Counted from the first letter of the stretch, positions 50,453-60,336 are shown. The stretch: DNA of 64,000 nucleotides from Trueperaceae bacterium (GCA_965215565.1 CBDCDZ010000004.1:2112001-2176000); one strand, 5' to 3'. The notes: generated by a model from the letters alone, not told the origin. Made by a program: numbers and translations.

Positions 50453-51121
50453 ATGAACTCATCTACGCAGAAACTCACCGCATACACCGCCATCGGGCTC
50501 ATCGTCCTGATCATCGCCGCCATTGTTTACGTTCAGTTCGGCAGCGGACAGAGCAGCGAGGTGAGCGCCAACGGCAATCTCGACCTCTCGAATCAGCCGA
50601 GCTTAGGTCAAGAGGGCGCGCCCGTCCAGATCGCGCTTTTTGAAGACTTTAAGTGCCCCGCGTGCGGCAGCTTCACGCAGAGCGTCTTTCCGCAGATCGA
50701 GCGTCAGCTTGTCGACAGCGGTCAGGCGGAAGTTTTCTTCGTCAACTTTCCCTTCTTAGGTCCAGACTCCACCACCGCTGCCATTGCCACCGAATGCGTT
50801 TACGAGCAGGACGAAGCCGCGTTCTGGGACTACAAAAAGTTCATCTTCCGTTCGCAGGGTCCAGAGAGCCAAGAGTGGGCGACACCTGAGCTGCTCACGA
50901 GTTTAGCCAGGCAGAATTTGCCGAGCGTTGACGCGGACGAACTTCGCACCTGCATCGACGAGCGGCGTTACGCGGACCGCGTCGAGGCGGAGTCGCGCAT
51001 GGGCTCAGCAGCGGGCGTGAATAGCACGCCGTCTGTCTACGTCAACGGTGAAAAGGTCGAGAGACCCGACTTCAATTCGGTCAGTGCGGCGGTGCAGAGC
51101 GCGCTGGGGCAGACCAACTAG
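50453..51121 (+). CDS. DsbA/BdbD-like thiol-disulfide oxidoreductase
   Basis: N-terminal TM, DFKCPAC, GVNSTP. Start at 50453 (GAGGAG upstream) or 50402. Confidence 0.88.
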   Translation: MNSSTQKLTAYTAIGLIVLIIAAIVYVQFGSGQSSEVSANGNLDLSNQPSLGQEGAPVQIALFEDFKCPACGSFTQSVFPQIERQLVDSGQAEVFFVNFPFLGPDSTTAAIATECVYEQDEAAFWDYKKFIFRSQGPESQEWATPELLTSLARQNLPSVDADELRTCIDERRYADRVEAESRMGSAAGVNSTPSVYVNGEKVERPDFNSVSAAVQSALGQTN

Positions 51122-51125
51122 CGAG

Positions 51126-51611
51126 ATGACGCTGACGCGCTTTCTCAGGGACTTCGGGCTCTACGCTGCTTGGCTGATCGCCATCGTCGCGATGGTAGGC
51201 AGCTTGTATTTCAGCGAGGTACGCGCGTTTGTGCCCTGCAACTTCTGCTGGTACCAGCGCATTTTGATGTACCCGCTCGTCATCCTTTTAGGCATCGCGA
51301 GCTACCGCCAAGACAGAAATGTCGTCCCTTACGCGCTGCCTTTTACAATACTGGGTAGCGGCGTGGCGATGTTTCACTACATGGAGCAGAAGATTCCGGG
51401 CTTCGGCGCGCCTGAGCTGTGCCGCGTCGGGGTGCCTTGCAACGTCGCTTATATCAACTGGTTGGGCTTCATCACGATTCCCTTTTTAGCGCTGACCGCG
51501 TTCGTCCTCATTACGACGATTCTAGCAGGTGTACTTTTCGCTTCACGCGGGCCGCAAAAGGGGTACACTCAAGCTCGAGACGCCTTAGACACTCAGAGCG
51601 TCGCTCAATGA
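51126..51611 (+). CDS. Disulfide bond formation protein BdbC/DsbB
   Basis: GSLYFSE..PCNFCWYQRILMYP, second Cys pair C....PC. Confidence 0.92.
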   Translation: MTLTRFLRDFGLYAAWLIAIVAMVGSLYFSEVRAFVPCNFCWYQRILMYPLVILLGIASYRQDRNVVPYALPFTILGSGVAMFHYMEQKIPGFGAPELCRVGVPCNVAYINWLGFITIPFLALTAFVLITTILAGVLFASRGPQKGYTQARDALDTQSVAQ

Positions 51612-51701
51612 GCGTATCCGCTAAGATTTTCGTTAGAACCGTGAGCCCCGCCACAGCACCCAGTCCTAAGAGCACCTTTCAATAGAGGAAGAGGAGGCGC
51701 T

Positions 51702-51938
51702 ATGCCACACATCATCTGCGAGCCCTGCATCGGCGTGAAAGACCAGTCCTGCGTGGACGTCTGCCCCGTCGAGTGCATCTACGAAGCCGACGACCAGTTC
51801 TACATCCACCCCGAGGAGTGCATCGACTGCGGCGCGTGCGTGCCCGCCTGCCCGGTCTCAGCCATTTACCCGGAAGAGGACGTGCCCGAAGAGTGGGAGT
51901 CGTTCACGGCGCTGAATTACGAGTTATCGGGTTTGTAA
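51702..51938 (+). CDS. 7Fe ferredoxin
   Basis: C......SCVDVCPVECI..ECIDCGACVPACPV. Confidence 0.95.
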   Translation: MPHIICEPCIGVKDQSCVDVCPVECIYEADDQFYIHPEECIDCGACVPACPVSAIYPEEDVPEEWESFTALNYELSGL

Positions 51939-51964
51939 TTACCTGACTTAATTTGCATTGCTTC

Positions 51965-52171
51965 GTAGGAGCGGGTTTGAAACCCGCCTTTACACTGTGC
52001 CATATTCGAACTGAGATAATATAGCAAGTATCATTTGGTTTGAGACGCTCTCACGATGTAGAACACCGTGTAGCACGCACATTTGAGAATGATACTTGCG
52101 CTATTCCAATCAGTACTTATGTTAATTGCTATACAGCGCTGATGTAGGGGTGATTCATGAATCACCCCTGC
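51965..52171. repeat. GTAG REP doublet with a MITE copy between the two units
   Basis: GTAGGAGCGGGTTTGAAACCCGCCTTTAC (51965-51993) and GTAGGGGTGATTCATGAATCACCCCTGC (52144-52171). Confidence 0.78.
52021..52133 (-). repeat. ~110-bp MITE-like repeat (reference copy)
   Basis: TAGCAAGTATCAT...ATGATACTTGCG...ATGTTAATTGCTA flanked by TA. Confidence 0.88.
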
Positions 52172-52207
52172 GCCTTTTTGTGTCTCCGTGGGCTGTAGAC
52201 TGAACTC

Positions 52208-53113
52208 GTGGACGCCATCCAAACTGCCCTCAACGCCACCCTACCCGCCTTCTTCCTCATCGCTTTAGGCGCGTACGCTGATAAACTCTTCCCCGAACTC
52301 CATCTTCCTACCCTTACGCGCCTCACAGTCTACTTCATGATTCCGGCGCTCGTCTTTAACGCGGTGGCAAACACCTCTTTAACCCTCTCGTCGGCGTCCT
52401 TACTCTCGCTCGGGTATCTGCTCTACCTCATTGCACTAGGCGTCGTCTCGGCGCTCGGCTCGGTTGGCTTGAGCGGGGCGCAAACAAGAGGCGTCATCGT
52501 AACGAGTCTCTTTGGCAATACGGGAAATATGGGCTTGCCGATCACACTCTTTGCGTATGGGGAGGCGGGGCTCGAGCGCGCCGTGGTCATCTTCATGCTC
52601 TCGCTCGTACTGATGTTCGTCGTCGGACCAACCGTTTTAGCGGGAAGCGGGGAGAGTTTGCGCTCGAGGCTATTAGACGCGCTCAAGCTGCCGCCGATTT
52701 GGGCGACGCTCGCAGGTCTCGCTTTTACTCTCTTCGCCTGGGAGTTGCCAACGAGCGCAGCAAGAGGTGTGTCCCTCTTAGGTGACGCCGCCATTCCCGT
52801 GATGCTCCTCTCGCTCGGGCTGCAGATGCGCCGCTCGTGGGTGTGGGGCGTGGGGGCGTCGGCGCTCAGAGCGTCAGGGCTGCGGCTCGTCATCGGACCC
52901 TTTATCGCTTACGCGGTGGGCTGGCTCATCGGTTTGCGCGGTTTAGATTTGAATGTACTGACGCTAAGCGCCGCGATGCCCGCCGCTGTCACGATGTTCG
53001 TCGTCGCCGTAGAGGTGAAAGGCGATTACGAAGGGGTGGCGCGGACCGTCGTGGCGACAACGGTTGGTTCACTTGCGGCGATTATGTTGGTGCTCTACCT
53101 CTTGCCGAGTTGA
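52208..53113 (+). CDS. AEC (auxin efflux carrier) family transporter
   Basis: FGNTGNMGLP, PPIWA, AIPVMLLSLG, AMPAA. Confidence 0.9.
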   Translation: MDAIQTALNATLPAFFLIALGAYADKLFPELHLPTLTRLTVYFMIPALVFNAVANTSLTLSSASLLSLGYLLYLIALGVVSALGSVGLSGAQTRGVIVTSLFGNTGNMGLPITLFAYGEAGLERAVVIFMLSLVLMFVVGPTVLAGSGESLRSRLLDALKLPPIWATLAGLAFTLFAWELPTSAARGVSLLGDAAIPVMLLSLGLQMRRSWVWGVGASALRASGLRLVIGPFIAYAVGWLIGLRGLDLNVLTLSAAMPAAVTMFVVAVEVKGDYEGVARTVVATTVGSLAAIMLVLYLLPS

Positions 53114-53115
53114 TC

Positions 53116-53150
53116 AAAAAAAGAAGAGGTGACTTATCACCTCTTCAAAA
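53116..53150. terminator. Terminator between convergent genes
   Basis: A-run + GAAGAGGTGA-ctta-TCACCTCTTC. Confidence 0.8.
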
Positions 53151-53164
53151 TATAAGCTTAATTG

Positions 53165-53803
53165 TTAGAGGTTTTGCAACTTCTGATACGCCGCCTCCGC
53201 CCGCTGGCGCACCGCGTCGCTGTTCGAACGCCCGCCCATCATCATATGCATCTCTACGTGGCGGTCCACGTCGCCGAAGATGGAGCCCAAGACCTCGACC
53301 TCTTCGCGGGAGCGCAAGCTCGCGTCGTCGCGAAACATCGTCGTGTAAGCGTACTCGAACTGGCGGTAGTCTATGACGCCTGCTAAGTATTGCTCCAAGA
53401 CTTGCTTGTAAGGACCTAAGTCGCTCGAGCTTTTCTCCACGTTCCCAACAACTTCACCACTCGGCGGCACTTGCTCGAAACCCATGTCAAGCACTTCAGG
53501 CGTAATGTTCCAGTTGTCCACGTCGAAGACCGCTTCGCCCTCTTTGAACAGAATGACTTGCGGCGACTGGTGGACGATGCCTGTACGCTCCGCGATGAGG
53601 TTGCTCGCCGGACGCGCCTCCACCACACGGATGAGCCCGACCATAAGGTCTTCGCGCGGCTCCAGCTTCTCCTGCACAAACCCGAACCCTTGCATCGTCT
53701 TATGGCACGTGCCCGCCTTGAAGATCACGCTGGTGGGGTAGCGCTGCAAAAACGCCTCGGTTGCTTCGGTACTGTCTAAGTTGACCACTCGGTCTCTAAA
53801 CAT
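53165..53803 (-). CDS. abxC: Atypical monothiol bacilliredoxin (BrxC/YtxJ domain + C-terminal helical domain)
   Basis: FK..TCHKT and HQSPQ motifs plus a C-terminal extension, as described for Deinococcus AbxC. bshA is in the same window. Confidence 0.82.
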   Translation of the reverse strand: MFRDRVVNLDSTEATEAFLQRYPTSVIFKAGTCHKTMQGFGFVQEKLEPREDLMVGLIRVVEARPASNLIAERTGIVHQSPQVILFKEGEAVFDVDNWNITPEVLDMGFEQVPPSGEVVGNVEKSSSDLGPYKQVLEQYLAGVIDYRQFEYAYTTMFRDDASLRSREEVEVLGSIFGDVDRHVEMHMMMGGRSNSDAVRQRAEAAYQKLQNL

Positions 53804-53861
53804 AAAAACTCCTTTACTGCCTTCATTTTAAGAAGTGACCTCTTGAGGGTATGTTATGTGG

Positions 53862-53969
53862 GAAGCAGCAATGAGTTGAAAGCAATCCAGTCGAGCTGGA
53901 CGGTACGGTGAGTAACGAGTGCAACCTAAAGGTTTTTCACTTTCAACTCATTGCTCGTTGCTCATTGCT
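53862..53969. repeat. Heptamer (GAGCAAY) palindromic element with a 23-nt hairpin insert
   Basis: gaagcagcaatgagttgaaagcaat[ccagtcgagctggacggtacggt]gagtaacgagt..tttcaactcattgctcgttgctcattgct. Confidence 0.75.
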
Positions 53970-53978
53970 ATTCCTTTA

Positions 53979-54008
53979 TTGACCTACCCCCCAAAACCTT
54001 GCTACACT
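53979..54008 (+). promoter_or_regulatory. Sigma70-like promoter for tRNA-Ser
   Basis: TTGACC ... TGCTACACT. Confidence 0.65.
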
Positions 54009-54019
54009 CTATTGCTCAC

Positions 54020-54132
54020 ATAGGCTCACTGTAGCCACTGAGCTTGTACCACGCAGATATCATCTCTTGATGTGAGAGCTAAGCGATGTTCTACATTGTG
54101 AGATTGGCGCTGACCAGATGATACCTGCTATA
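54020..54132 (+). repeat. ~110-bp MITE-like repeat copy between the promoter and the tRNA
   Basis: CACTGAGCTTG..CGCAGATATCATC..GTTCTACAT.GTGAGA..ACCAGATGATACCTGCTATA. Confidence 0.8.
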
Positions 54133-54135
54133 CCC

Positions 54136-54227
54136 GGAGAGGTGTCCGAGCGGTTTAAGGAGCACGCCTGGAAAGCGTGTGTGTGGGGTAACCTGCACCG
54201 AGGGTTCGAATCCCTCTCTCTCCGCCA
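54136..54227 (+). tRNA. tRNA-Ser (GGA)
   Basis: GGAGAGG acceptor stem, anticodon arm CACGC-ctGGAaa-GCGTG, long variable arm, GGTTCGAATCC T-arm, encoded CCA. Confidence 0.97.
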
Positions 54228-54391
54228 CCCTAATAGGTATCACCTACGCAGAGACGCGCTTAGCGGACAGAGCGGCGCGTACACTGAAGGGTGATACCTA
54301 CTTTATTTTACGGTTAGGGATACCCGTGTCGAGGACACAGAGTGCTATCCCAAGCATAGATTATGGAGAGCGTTCGGGGGTTAGTTGAGCG

Positions 54392-55645
54392 CTAACTCCT
54401 GATTTGCCCCTCCCCTTCAATCAGATATTTGTGCGTCACCATCTCCGCTAACCCCATCGGACCCCTCGCGTGGAGTTTCTGCGTCGAGATGCCTATCTCC
54501 GCGCCGAAACCGAAGACGAATCCGTCCGTGAAGCGCGTCGAGGCGTTTACGTAGACCGCCGCCGCGTCTACCTCGTCTCCAAAACGTCGGGCGTTTTCAA
54601 CCGACTTGGTGAGGATGGCTTCGCTGTGCTGAGAGCCGTAGCGGTTGATGTGAGTGATGGCGTCCTCTACGCTGTCTACGACTTTGACGGCTAGCTCGAG
54701 GTCCAAATACTCCGTCTCCCAGTCGGCTTCGGTGGCGGCGCTCGCTCGGGGGTAGAGCCCCTGCGTCCGCTCGCATCCTCTCAGGGTGACGCCGAGTTCG
54801 CTGAGCGCCGAGAGCGCGCTCGGCAAGAACGTCTTCGCCACCTCTTCGTGTACTAAAAGCGTCTCCACGGAGTTGCATACGCCGGGGCGCTGCACCTTCG
54901 CGTTGATGACGATATCTTTCGCGTTCTCCAGGTCTGCCAAAGCGTCCACGAAAATGTGGCAGTTGCCGACGCCCGTCTCGATAACCGGGACTTTGGCGTT
55001 TTGCACGACGTGGTTGATCAGGGACGCGCCGCCACGCGGGATCACCAAATCCACCTTGCCCCTCGCCTCTAAAAGCTCGGTCACGAGCGCCCTGTCGGGC
55101 GAGTCGATGAGTTGAACGGCGTCTTTGGGCAAGCCGGCCTCTGCCAGAGCGCGGCGCATGGTGTCCACGATGACGCGGTTGCTCTCCAGCGCGTTGGCGG
55201 AGCCGCGCAGCACGGCGGCGCTGCCCGCTTTGAGCGCGAGCGTGGCGGCGTCTACGGTCACGTTCGGGCGCGACTCGTAGATCATCCCGATGACGCCGAA
55301 GGGGACCGTGACCTTCTGGACGCGCAGCCCATTGGGGAGCGTCCAGCCGTCCAACACGCGGCGCAAGGGGTCAGGCAGCGCGCCGACGAGGTGGACCGCG
55401 TCGGCGATGTCTTTGAGGCGGGCTCGAGATAACGTCAAGCGGTCGACGAGCGCGTCGGAGGTGCCTTTTCTGCGCTCGGCGGCGACGTCTTTTTCGTTGG
55501 CGCTCAGGATAGCCTCGGCGTGGGTTAGGAGGGCGGCGGCGATACTTTCTAAGGCGGCGTTGCGCTTGGCGCTAGCTAAGCTGCGACTGGCGCGCCTCGA
55601 GCGTTCTAAGAGCGACTCTAGATGGACAGGAGCGGTGAGTGACAT
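54392..55645 (-). CDS. proA: Gamma-glutamyl phosphate reductase
   Basis: IYESRPNVT, IPRGG, CNSVE, NASTRFTDG..GAEIGISTQKLHARGPMG. Confidence 0.97.
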   Translation of the reverse strand: MSLTAPVHLESLLERSRRASRSLASAKRNAALESIAAALLTHAEAILSANEKDVAAERRKGTSDALVDRLTLSRARLKDIADAVHLVGALPDPLRRVLDGWTLPNGLRVQKVTVPFGVIGMIYESRPNVTVDAATLALKAGSAAVLRGSANALESNRVIVDTMRRALAEAGLPKDAVQLIDSPDRALVTELLEARGKVDLVIPRGGASLINHVVQNAKVPVIETGVGNCHIFVDALADLENAKDIVINAKVQRPGVCNSVETLLVHEEVAKTFLPSALSALSELGVTLRGCERTQGLYPRASAATEADWETEYLDLELAVKVVDSVEDAITHINRYGSQHSEAILTKSVENARRFGDEVDAAAVYVNASTRFTDGFVFGFGAEIGISTQKLHARGPMGLAEMVTHKYLIEGEGQIRS

Positions 55646-56041
55646 GCTCGAGTATAGCCCAGCGCCCCGGCGCGTTCCAGCCCCCGTAAACGTGGCGGAC
55701 ACGGTACCGGTGCGGCGTTACCGAATCCTCTTTCTAGAACGCCGAAGAGAAGAAGCCCTAAAGCTTAGAGTATTGGCGGACCAGGTGGGAGGTCATGAGG
55801 AGTATTTTTTAGCCTACGCAAATGTCCACTAAGCGAGCGCGCAACGCGCGGGGAGGCCGAGAGCTTCGGAGCGGCTTTCTACTCGTTCGCTCTAAGCACT
55901 CCCTCTTCACCGAAACTCAGTTGATGTGACAAATATAACGCTTTGCGCAATCTCTCACATACTAGGGTAGTAAGTATATCTGTACCTAGAGATGAAGCGC
56001 GCGTAGCGATAATCTAAACGAATTAGAGGCAACGCCACCGC

Positions 56042-57070
56042 GTGCTTGACGAACTGCTTGATAGACGCTTGGACGAAACGCCAGAGAGGAGGAAGAAAGC
56101 CGTGCCGACTGACGCAGCATCTCACATAGAGGCCCGAATGCTCCTCGAGGCGTTCGACGCAGTGCCGCAGCAGATTGCGCTCTTGGACGAAAAGGGCGTC
56201 ATCACCTATGCGAATAGCGCGTGGGAGCGCTTCTCTGAGGAGTGTCCGCCCCTCCACGCGCAGCGCGGCGCGGACTACCTCAACGTGTGCAGAGAGGCGC
56301 GGGGCGCGGATTCGGTGTATGCGGAGCAAATCTACCGGGGTCTTCACGACGTTTTAGAGGGCGCGAGCGAGCAGTTCGTGCTCGAGTACGCCTGCCCCAC
56401 GAGTTCGGGCGAGAAGTGGTTCGTTACGCACATCAAGCCGCTCGAGACGGGCGGCGCGCTCATCTCACACCTGGATATGACGAGCCGCCGACGTTTCGAG
56501 CGGGAGATGGAGCGCGTCGCCTACACCGACGCGCTGACCGGCTTGCCCAACCGCCACGCCTTTTTTGAGCGCGCCGCGCAGATGATCGCCTCGGCGAAAC
56601 GGCACGCCCGCGAGTTACAGCTTCTCTACATCGACCTAAACGGCTTTAAGAGCGTCAACGACGCGCTAGGTCACGACGCGGGCGACCAGCTTCTCGTCGA
56701 AGTGGCGGCGCGTTTCAAGCGGCAGATGAGGGCGAGTGACCTCTTAGCGCGGCTCGGCGGCGACGAGTTCGTCTGCTTACTCGAGGTCCACCCTCACAGC
56801 GGTTATGCGCATAGTGGTTATACCAATAGTATCAAGCAAGTTGCCGAACGCTACGCCGCGTGCCTGGAAGCTCCTTTCAAGCTGGAGCGCGAAGAGGTGC
56901 GCCTAGCTGCGAGCGTCGGCGTCGCGCAGTTTCCGCAAGCGGGCAGCACGCTCCGCACTCTCCTCAAAAAAGCGGACAGCGAAATGTACAGAGACAAGCA
57001 GCAGAGCAAGGTAGGGCGAGAGGTCATGCTAGCCCAGAGGGTCAGCCGCGAGGATTTCAGACTGCGCTGA
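56042..57070 (+). CDS. PAS-domain diguanylate cyclase
   Basis: PAS-like N-terminus, DALTGLPNR, DLNGFK.VND, RxxD I-site (RASD), GGDEF. Confidence 0.92.
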   Translation: MLDELLDRRLDETPERRKKAVPTDAASHIEARMLLEAFDAVPQQIALLDEKGVITYANSAWERFSEECPPLHAQRGADYLNVCREARGADSVYAEQIYRGLHDVLEGASEQFVLEYACPTSSGEKWFVTHIKPLETGGALISHLDMTSRRRFEREMERVAYTDALTGLPNRHAFFERAAQMIASAKRHARELQLLYIDLNGFKSVNDALGHDAGDQLLVEVAARFKRQMRASDLLARLGGDEFVCLLEVHPHSGYAHSGYTNSIKQVAERYAACLEAPFKLEREEVRLAASVGVAQFPQAGSTLRTLLKKADSEMYRDKQQSKVGREVMLAQRVSREDFRLR

Positions 57071-57151
57071 GCGCACGCCCGGACCACTTTCACAAAAATT
57101 ACCGCTGTGCACACCCGGAGCAGCAGAGCGGACGAAGCCCTGCTCACCCCT

Positions 57152-58705
57152 TTACTCGAGCGGCTTCGTCCAAGCTCCAGCTAGCATCGTTCCGTCAACG
57201 CTGAAGTCCAGAGTCTCTAGCGGGTTGGCTGAAAGCACCACCACATCCGCGTCGAACGTTCCGCGCAACACCCCCGAACGATGTTCGCGCGAAAGGGCGT
57301 AAGCCGCGCCGGACGTGTAGCCCGCGAGCGCTTGGGCGGGCGTCAGACATTCGGACGGATTGAATACACCGTCTACGCCCGCACGGGTGCAGGCGGCGCG
57401 GAGCCCTAACCTCACGTCGGGGCTCGCGACGGGCGTGTCCGAGCCGAGCGCGAGGTGTGCGCCCGCTTCTAAAAGAGATTTCATGGCGTACGCGCCGCTC
57501 GAACGCTCCGGCAACCACTCACGAATCTGCGGCGCGTCGAAGACGAGGTGATAGGGCTGCAGTGAGGTCACGAGACCCAGCTCGCCCGCGCGCAAGAGGT
57601 CATCGGGGTGGAGGTGTTGGGCGTGCTCGAGCCTCGGTCTGAGCCCCTGCTCCTGCCATTGCGGGCGCGTCCGCTCGAACGCATGGATGACCGTGCGGTT
57701 CGCCGCGTCGCCGATCGCATGAACGACGGGGGTGAGCCCAGCCTCCAAAACAAGGGGTAGGCGCTCCGCCAGAACCTCCGCGTCGTGGACGCTCACACCG
57801 TAGTTGTTCGTATTTGCGTAAGGCTCCAGCACCCACGCCGTCATGCTGCCTAGCGCACCGTCCGCGAAGAACTTCGCGCCGCCCACCATAAAGCGAGACC
57901 CGCCTTGCCCCGTCGCTAGACCGAGCGCGGCAGCGTGTTCGGCGTCCTCTTGCGGGATACACGCCCACACGCGCACCGGAAAGTCCTCGCGGCTCGCTTG
58001 CAGCGCCAACTGCCGCCAATAAGAGGTCGGCTCGTACGCCATGTGGTGAACCGTCGTGATGCCTAAGCGTGCTAAATCTTCCCCGCTCCGCCGGAGCGCG
58101 TCGGCGAGTTCGGCGTCGTTCGGCTCGGGGATGATATCTGAAACCAGGTGCGCCGCCCGCTCTAAGAGCAAGCCGCTCGGCTCGCCGTCCTTTCTCACCA
58201 CCGTGCCGCTCTTAGGGTCAGGCGTGCCCGCGTGGATGCCCGCAAGCTCCAGCGCTCGCGTATTCGCCCAGGCGCTGTGGTGGTCTTGCGACTGCAGAAA
58301 GACGGGGTGGTGCGGCGCGGCGCGGTCTAGCTCGGCTTTGTCTAGGCTCGAGACCCCCCAACGGCTCATGGAGAAGCCGGAGCCCAAAATCCACACGCCG
58401 GTGGGCGACGCTTTAGCGCGTTCCGCGACTCGCGTCATCGCCTCTTCCAGCGTCAGCGTACCTTGTAGATGCAGCCTATCCAACTCTAAGCCGTGCTGCG
58501 TGAGGTGAACGTGGCTATCGTGAAAGCCAGGTAGGAGGCAGCGCCCTTCTAAGTCAATACGCTCAGTGTTTTTATGCGCGAGGTCTAAGACCTCTTCGCC
58601 GCCCACCGCCAAGATGCGCTCGCCGCGCACGGCTAGAGCGCTCGCTTGCGGTTTGTCGGGGTCCATTGTTAACACCGTGCCGTTATAAAAGATGAGGTTG
58701 GGCAT
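57152..58705 (-). CDS. Amidohydrolase 3 (YtcJ-like)
   Basis: PGFHDSHVH, KFFADG, HAIGD.AN, RLEHAQ, GSDTP. Confidence 0.92.
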   Translation of the reverse strand: MPNLIFYNGTVLTMDPDKPQASALAVRGERILAVGGEEVLDLAHKNTERIDLEGRCLLPGFHDSHVHLTQHGLELDRLHLQGTLTLEEAMTRVAERAKASPTGVWILGSGFSMSRWGVSSLDKAELDRAAPHHPVFLQSQDHHSAWANTRALELAGIHAGTPDPKSGTVVRKDGEPSGLLLERAAHLVSDIIPEPNDAELADALRRSGEDLARLGITTVHHMAYEPTSYWRQLALQASREDFPVRVWACIPQEDAEHAAALGLATGQGGSRFMVGGAKFFADGALGSMTAWVLEPYANTNNYGVSVHDAEVLAERLPLVLEAGLTPVVHAIGDAANRTVIHAFERTRPQWQEQGLRPRLEHAQHLHPDDLLRAGELGLVTSLQPYHLVFDAPQIREWLPERSSGAYAMKSLLEAGAHLALGSDTPVASPDVRLGLRAACTRAGVDGVFNPSECLTPAQALAGYTSGAAYALSREHRSGVLRGTFDADVVVLSANPLETLDFSVDGTMLAGAWTKPLE

Positions 58706-58720
58706 TAGATAAACGCGGCG

Positions 58721-59512
58721 CTACTCGCCCTTGAAGTTGGGCGCACGCTTCTCTCTAAACGCGCTCACCCCTTCGCGCACGTCGGCGGTATTCGAGGCGA
58801 CCTCTTGGAGTTTCGCCTCGAGCCCAAGCTGCGCCTCCAAGCCCTGATGCGCCGAGGCGTTCAGTTCCTCTTTCACCATAGCGAAGGCTTTCGTTGGACC
58901 TTGTGCCAAGCGCTGCGTCAGCTCCCACGCGGTCTGCGCGAAGTCCTCCGCCGGAACGATCTGCTCGCCTAAACCTAAGCTGAGCGCCTCCTCTGCGCCC
59001 ACCTTCCGCCCGCTATAGGTGAGTTCAAAGGCGCGTCCTCTGCCGACTAAACGCGGCAAGAAGTAGCTCGCCGAGGCGTCCATCACCAGACCGATGCCCG
59101 TAAAGCCCACCGCGAAAGCGGCGGAGGACGAAAGCAGGCGCGTGTCACAAGCGAGCGCCAGAGACATCCCCGCGCCCGCCGCCACGCCGTTGACGCCTGC
59201 GATAACAGGTTTGGGCATCGTCGCAATCGCCCTCACGACGGGGTTGTAGTAGGTCTCGATGAGGTCTTCGAAGTGGCCGTCTAGCGGCGTCGAGGCGAGG
59301 TCTGCGCCCGCCGAGAAGCCGCGCCCTGCGCCCGTGAGGAGAACGGCGCGAACGTCGTCCGCCTCCGCCGCCTCTTGCAAGGCGTCACGTAGTTCGCCCA
59401 AGAGGTCCAAAGAGAGGGCATTGAGCACATCGGGGCGGTTCAGAGTAACGCGCAGCGCGGCGTTTTGGTGGATCAGCTCGAGCGTCTCGACTTTAGGCGG
59501 GGCGTAAGCCAT
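58721..59512 (-). CDS. Enoyl-CoA hydratase/isomerase (PaaG-like)
   Basis: LNRPDVLNAL, FSAGADL, NGVAAGAG, EGV.AFREKR. Confidence 0.9.
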   Translation of the reverse strand: MAYAPPKVETLELIHQNAALRVTLNRPDVLNALSLDLLGELRDALQEAAEADDVRAVLLTGAGRGFSAGADLASTPLDGHFEDLIETYYNPVVRAIATMPKPVIAGVNGVAAGAGMSLALACDTRLLSSSAAFAVGFTGIGLVMDASASYFLPRLVGRGRAFELTYSGRKVGAEEALSLGLGEQIVPAEDFAQTAWELTQRLAQGPTKAFAMVKEELNASAHQGLEAQLGLEAKLQEVASNTADVREGVSAFREKRAPNFKGE

Positions 59513-59907
59513 GAGGGGTCCTTTCGGAAGTGCGAGGTGTTGACGATTTGCGTCTCTTCAACCTGAGGTTCGCGGCGAATGTAGAAGCTGGGAGTAGGAA
59601 GTGAGAAGTTGGAAGGAAAAGCAAAGACCTAAAAGGTCCGCATTGTATAGGTGTCTTCTCGCGTCGCCTCGAGGTCGAATTATTGACGCAATCTAGGCGG
59701 GGTTGACATTTGCGCTTCGAGAAAACTATTTGATTTCGTGACAGACGCGATAAGTGAGAACAGTTCGCAAGCTCCTGACTACTAAATTCTGAATAATGAC
59801 TACTCCCGTGCTAGACGGCAAAAATCGCAACAAATGGGCTAAAGAGTCAATAGAACCTAGCTTTCAGCTTAAAGCCATACCTCTTCAGTGTCCCGTCTGT
59901 GTACCTC

Positions 59908-60237
59908 TTACTTTCGCTGGCTGAGGTCCAAGAGTACGTCGTAATCGTCGGGCATCGCCGCGTCGTCTAGCGCAGCTTTATTGCGCCGCACGTCGCCGCA
60001 TGTTTGACACTCGTGGACGATAATCCAGCCTTTTTTGCCGCTGTAGTCCACGTTGACGGGCTCCAAAATACCGCCGCAGTCACTCGCCCTGTCACCGGGA
60101 AACACGTCTACATGGAGCGAATAGAGGCAGTGCGGGCAGTGGTTGCGGTACGAGCCGTTGGCGAGGGGCGGCACGTCGCGCCCGCAGTGGACGCAGGCGA
60201 AGCCCGTGTTGGTGCCTTGGGCAGTGAAGCGGCGCAT
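59908..60237 (-). CDS. RNHCP domain protein
   Basis: CVHCG..YRNHCPHCL.S.HVD..PGDR..CGG..HECQTCG. Confidence 0.9.
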   Translation of the reverse strand: MRRFTAQGTNTGFACVHCGRDVPPLANGSYRNHCPHCLYSLHVDVFPGDRASDCGGILEPVNVDYSGKKGWIIVHECQTCGDVRRNKAALDDAAMPDDYDVLLDLSQRK

Positions 60238-60336
60238 AGGGACAGAATACAAGAGGAAAGAGGAAAGAGAAAAGGACTAAGGACTGAGAGAAAGGCCCTT
60301 GACCTCAGTCCTTTTCTCTCAGTCCTGTCAACTTCT

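Noticed and set aside
54228..54391. Integrated element at the tRNA-Ser 3' end
   Set aside because: No integrase and no duplicated tRNA 3' end seen; proA follows directly.
55700..56040. Possible structured RNA upstream of the diguanylate cyclase
   Set aside because: Only short GC stems; no recognisable riboswitch consensus.
56795..56824. HSGYA-HSGYT 15-bp tandem duplication in the GGDEF protein
   Set aside because: Small in-frame loop duplication; catalytic motifs are unaffected.
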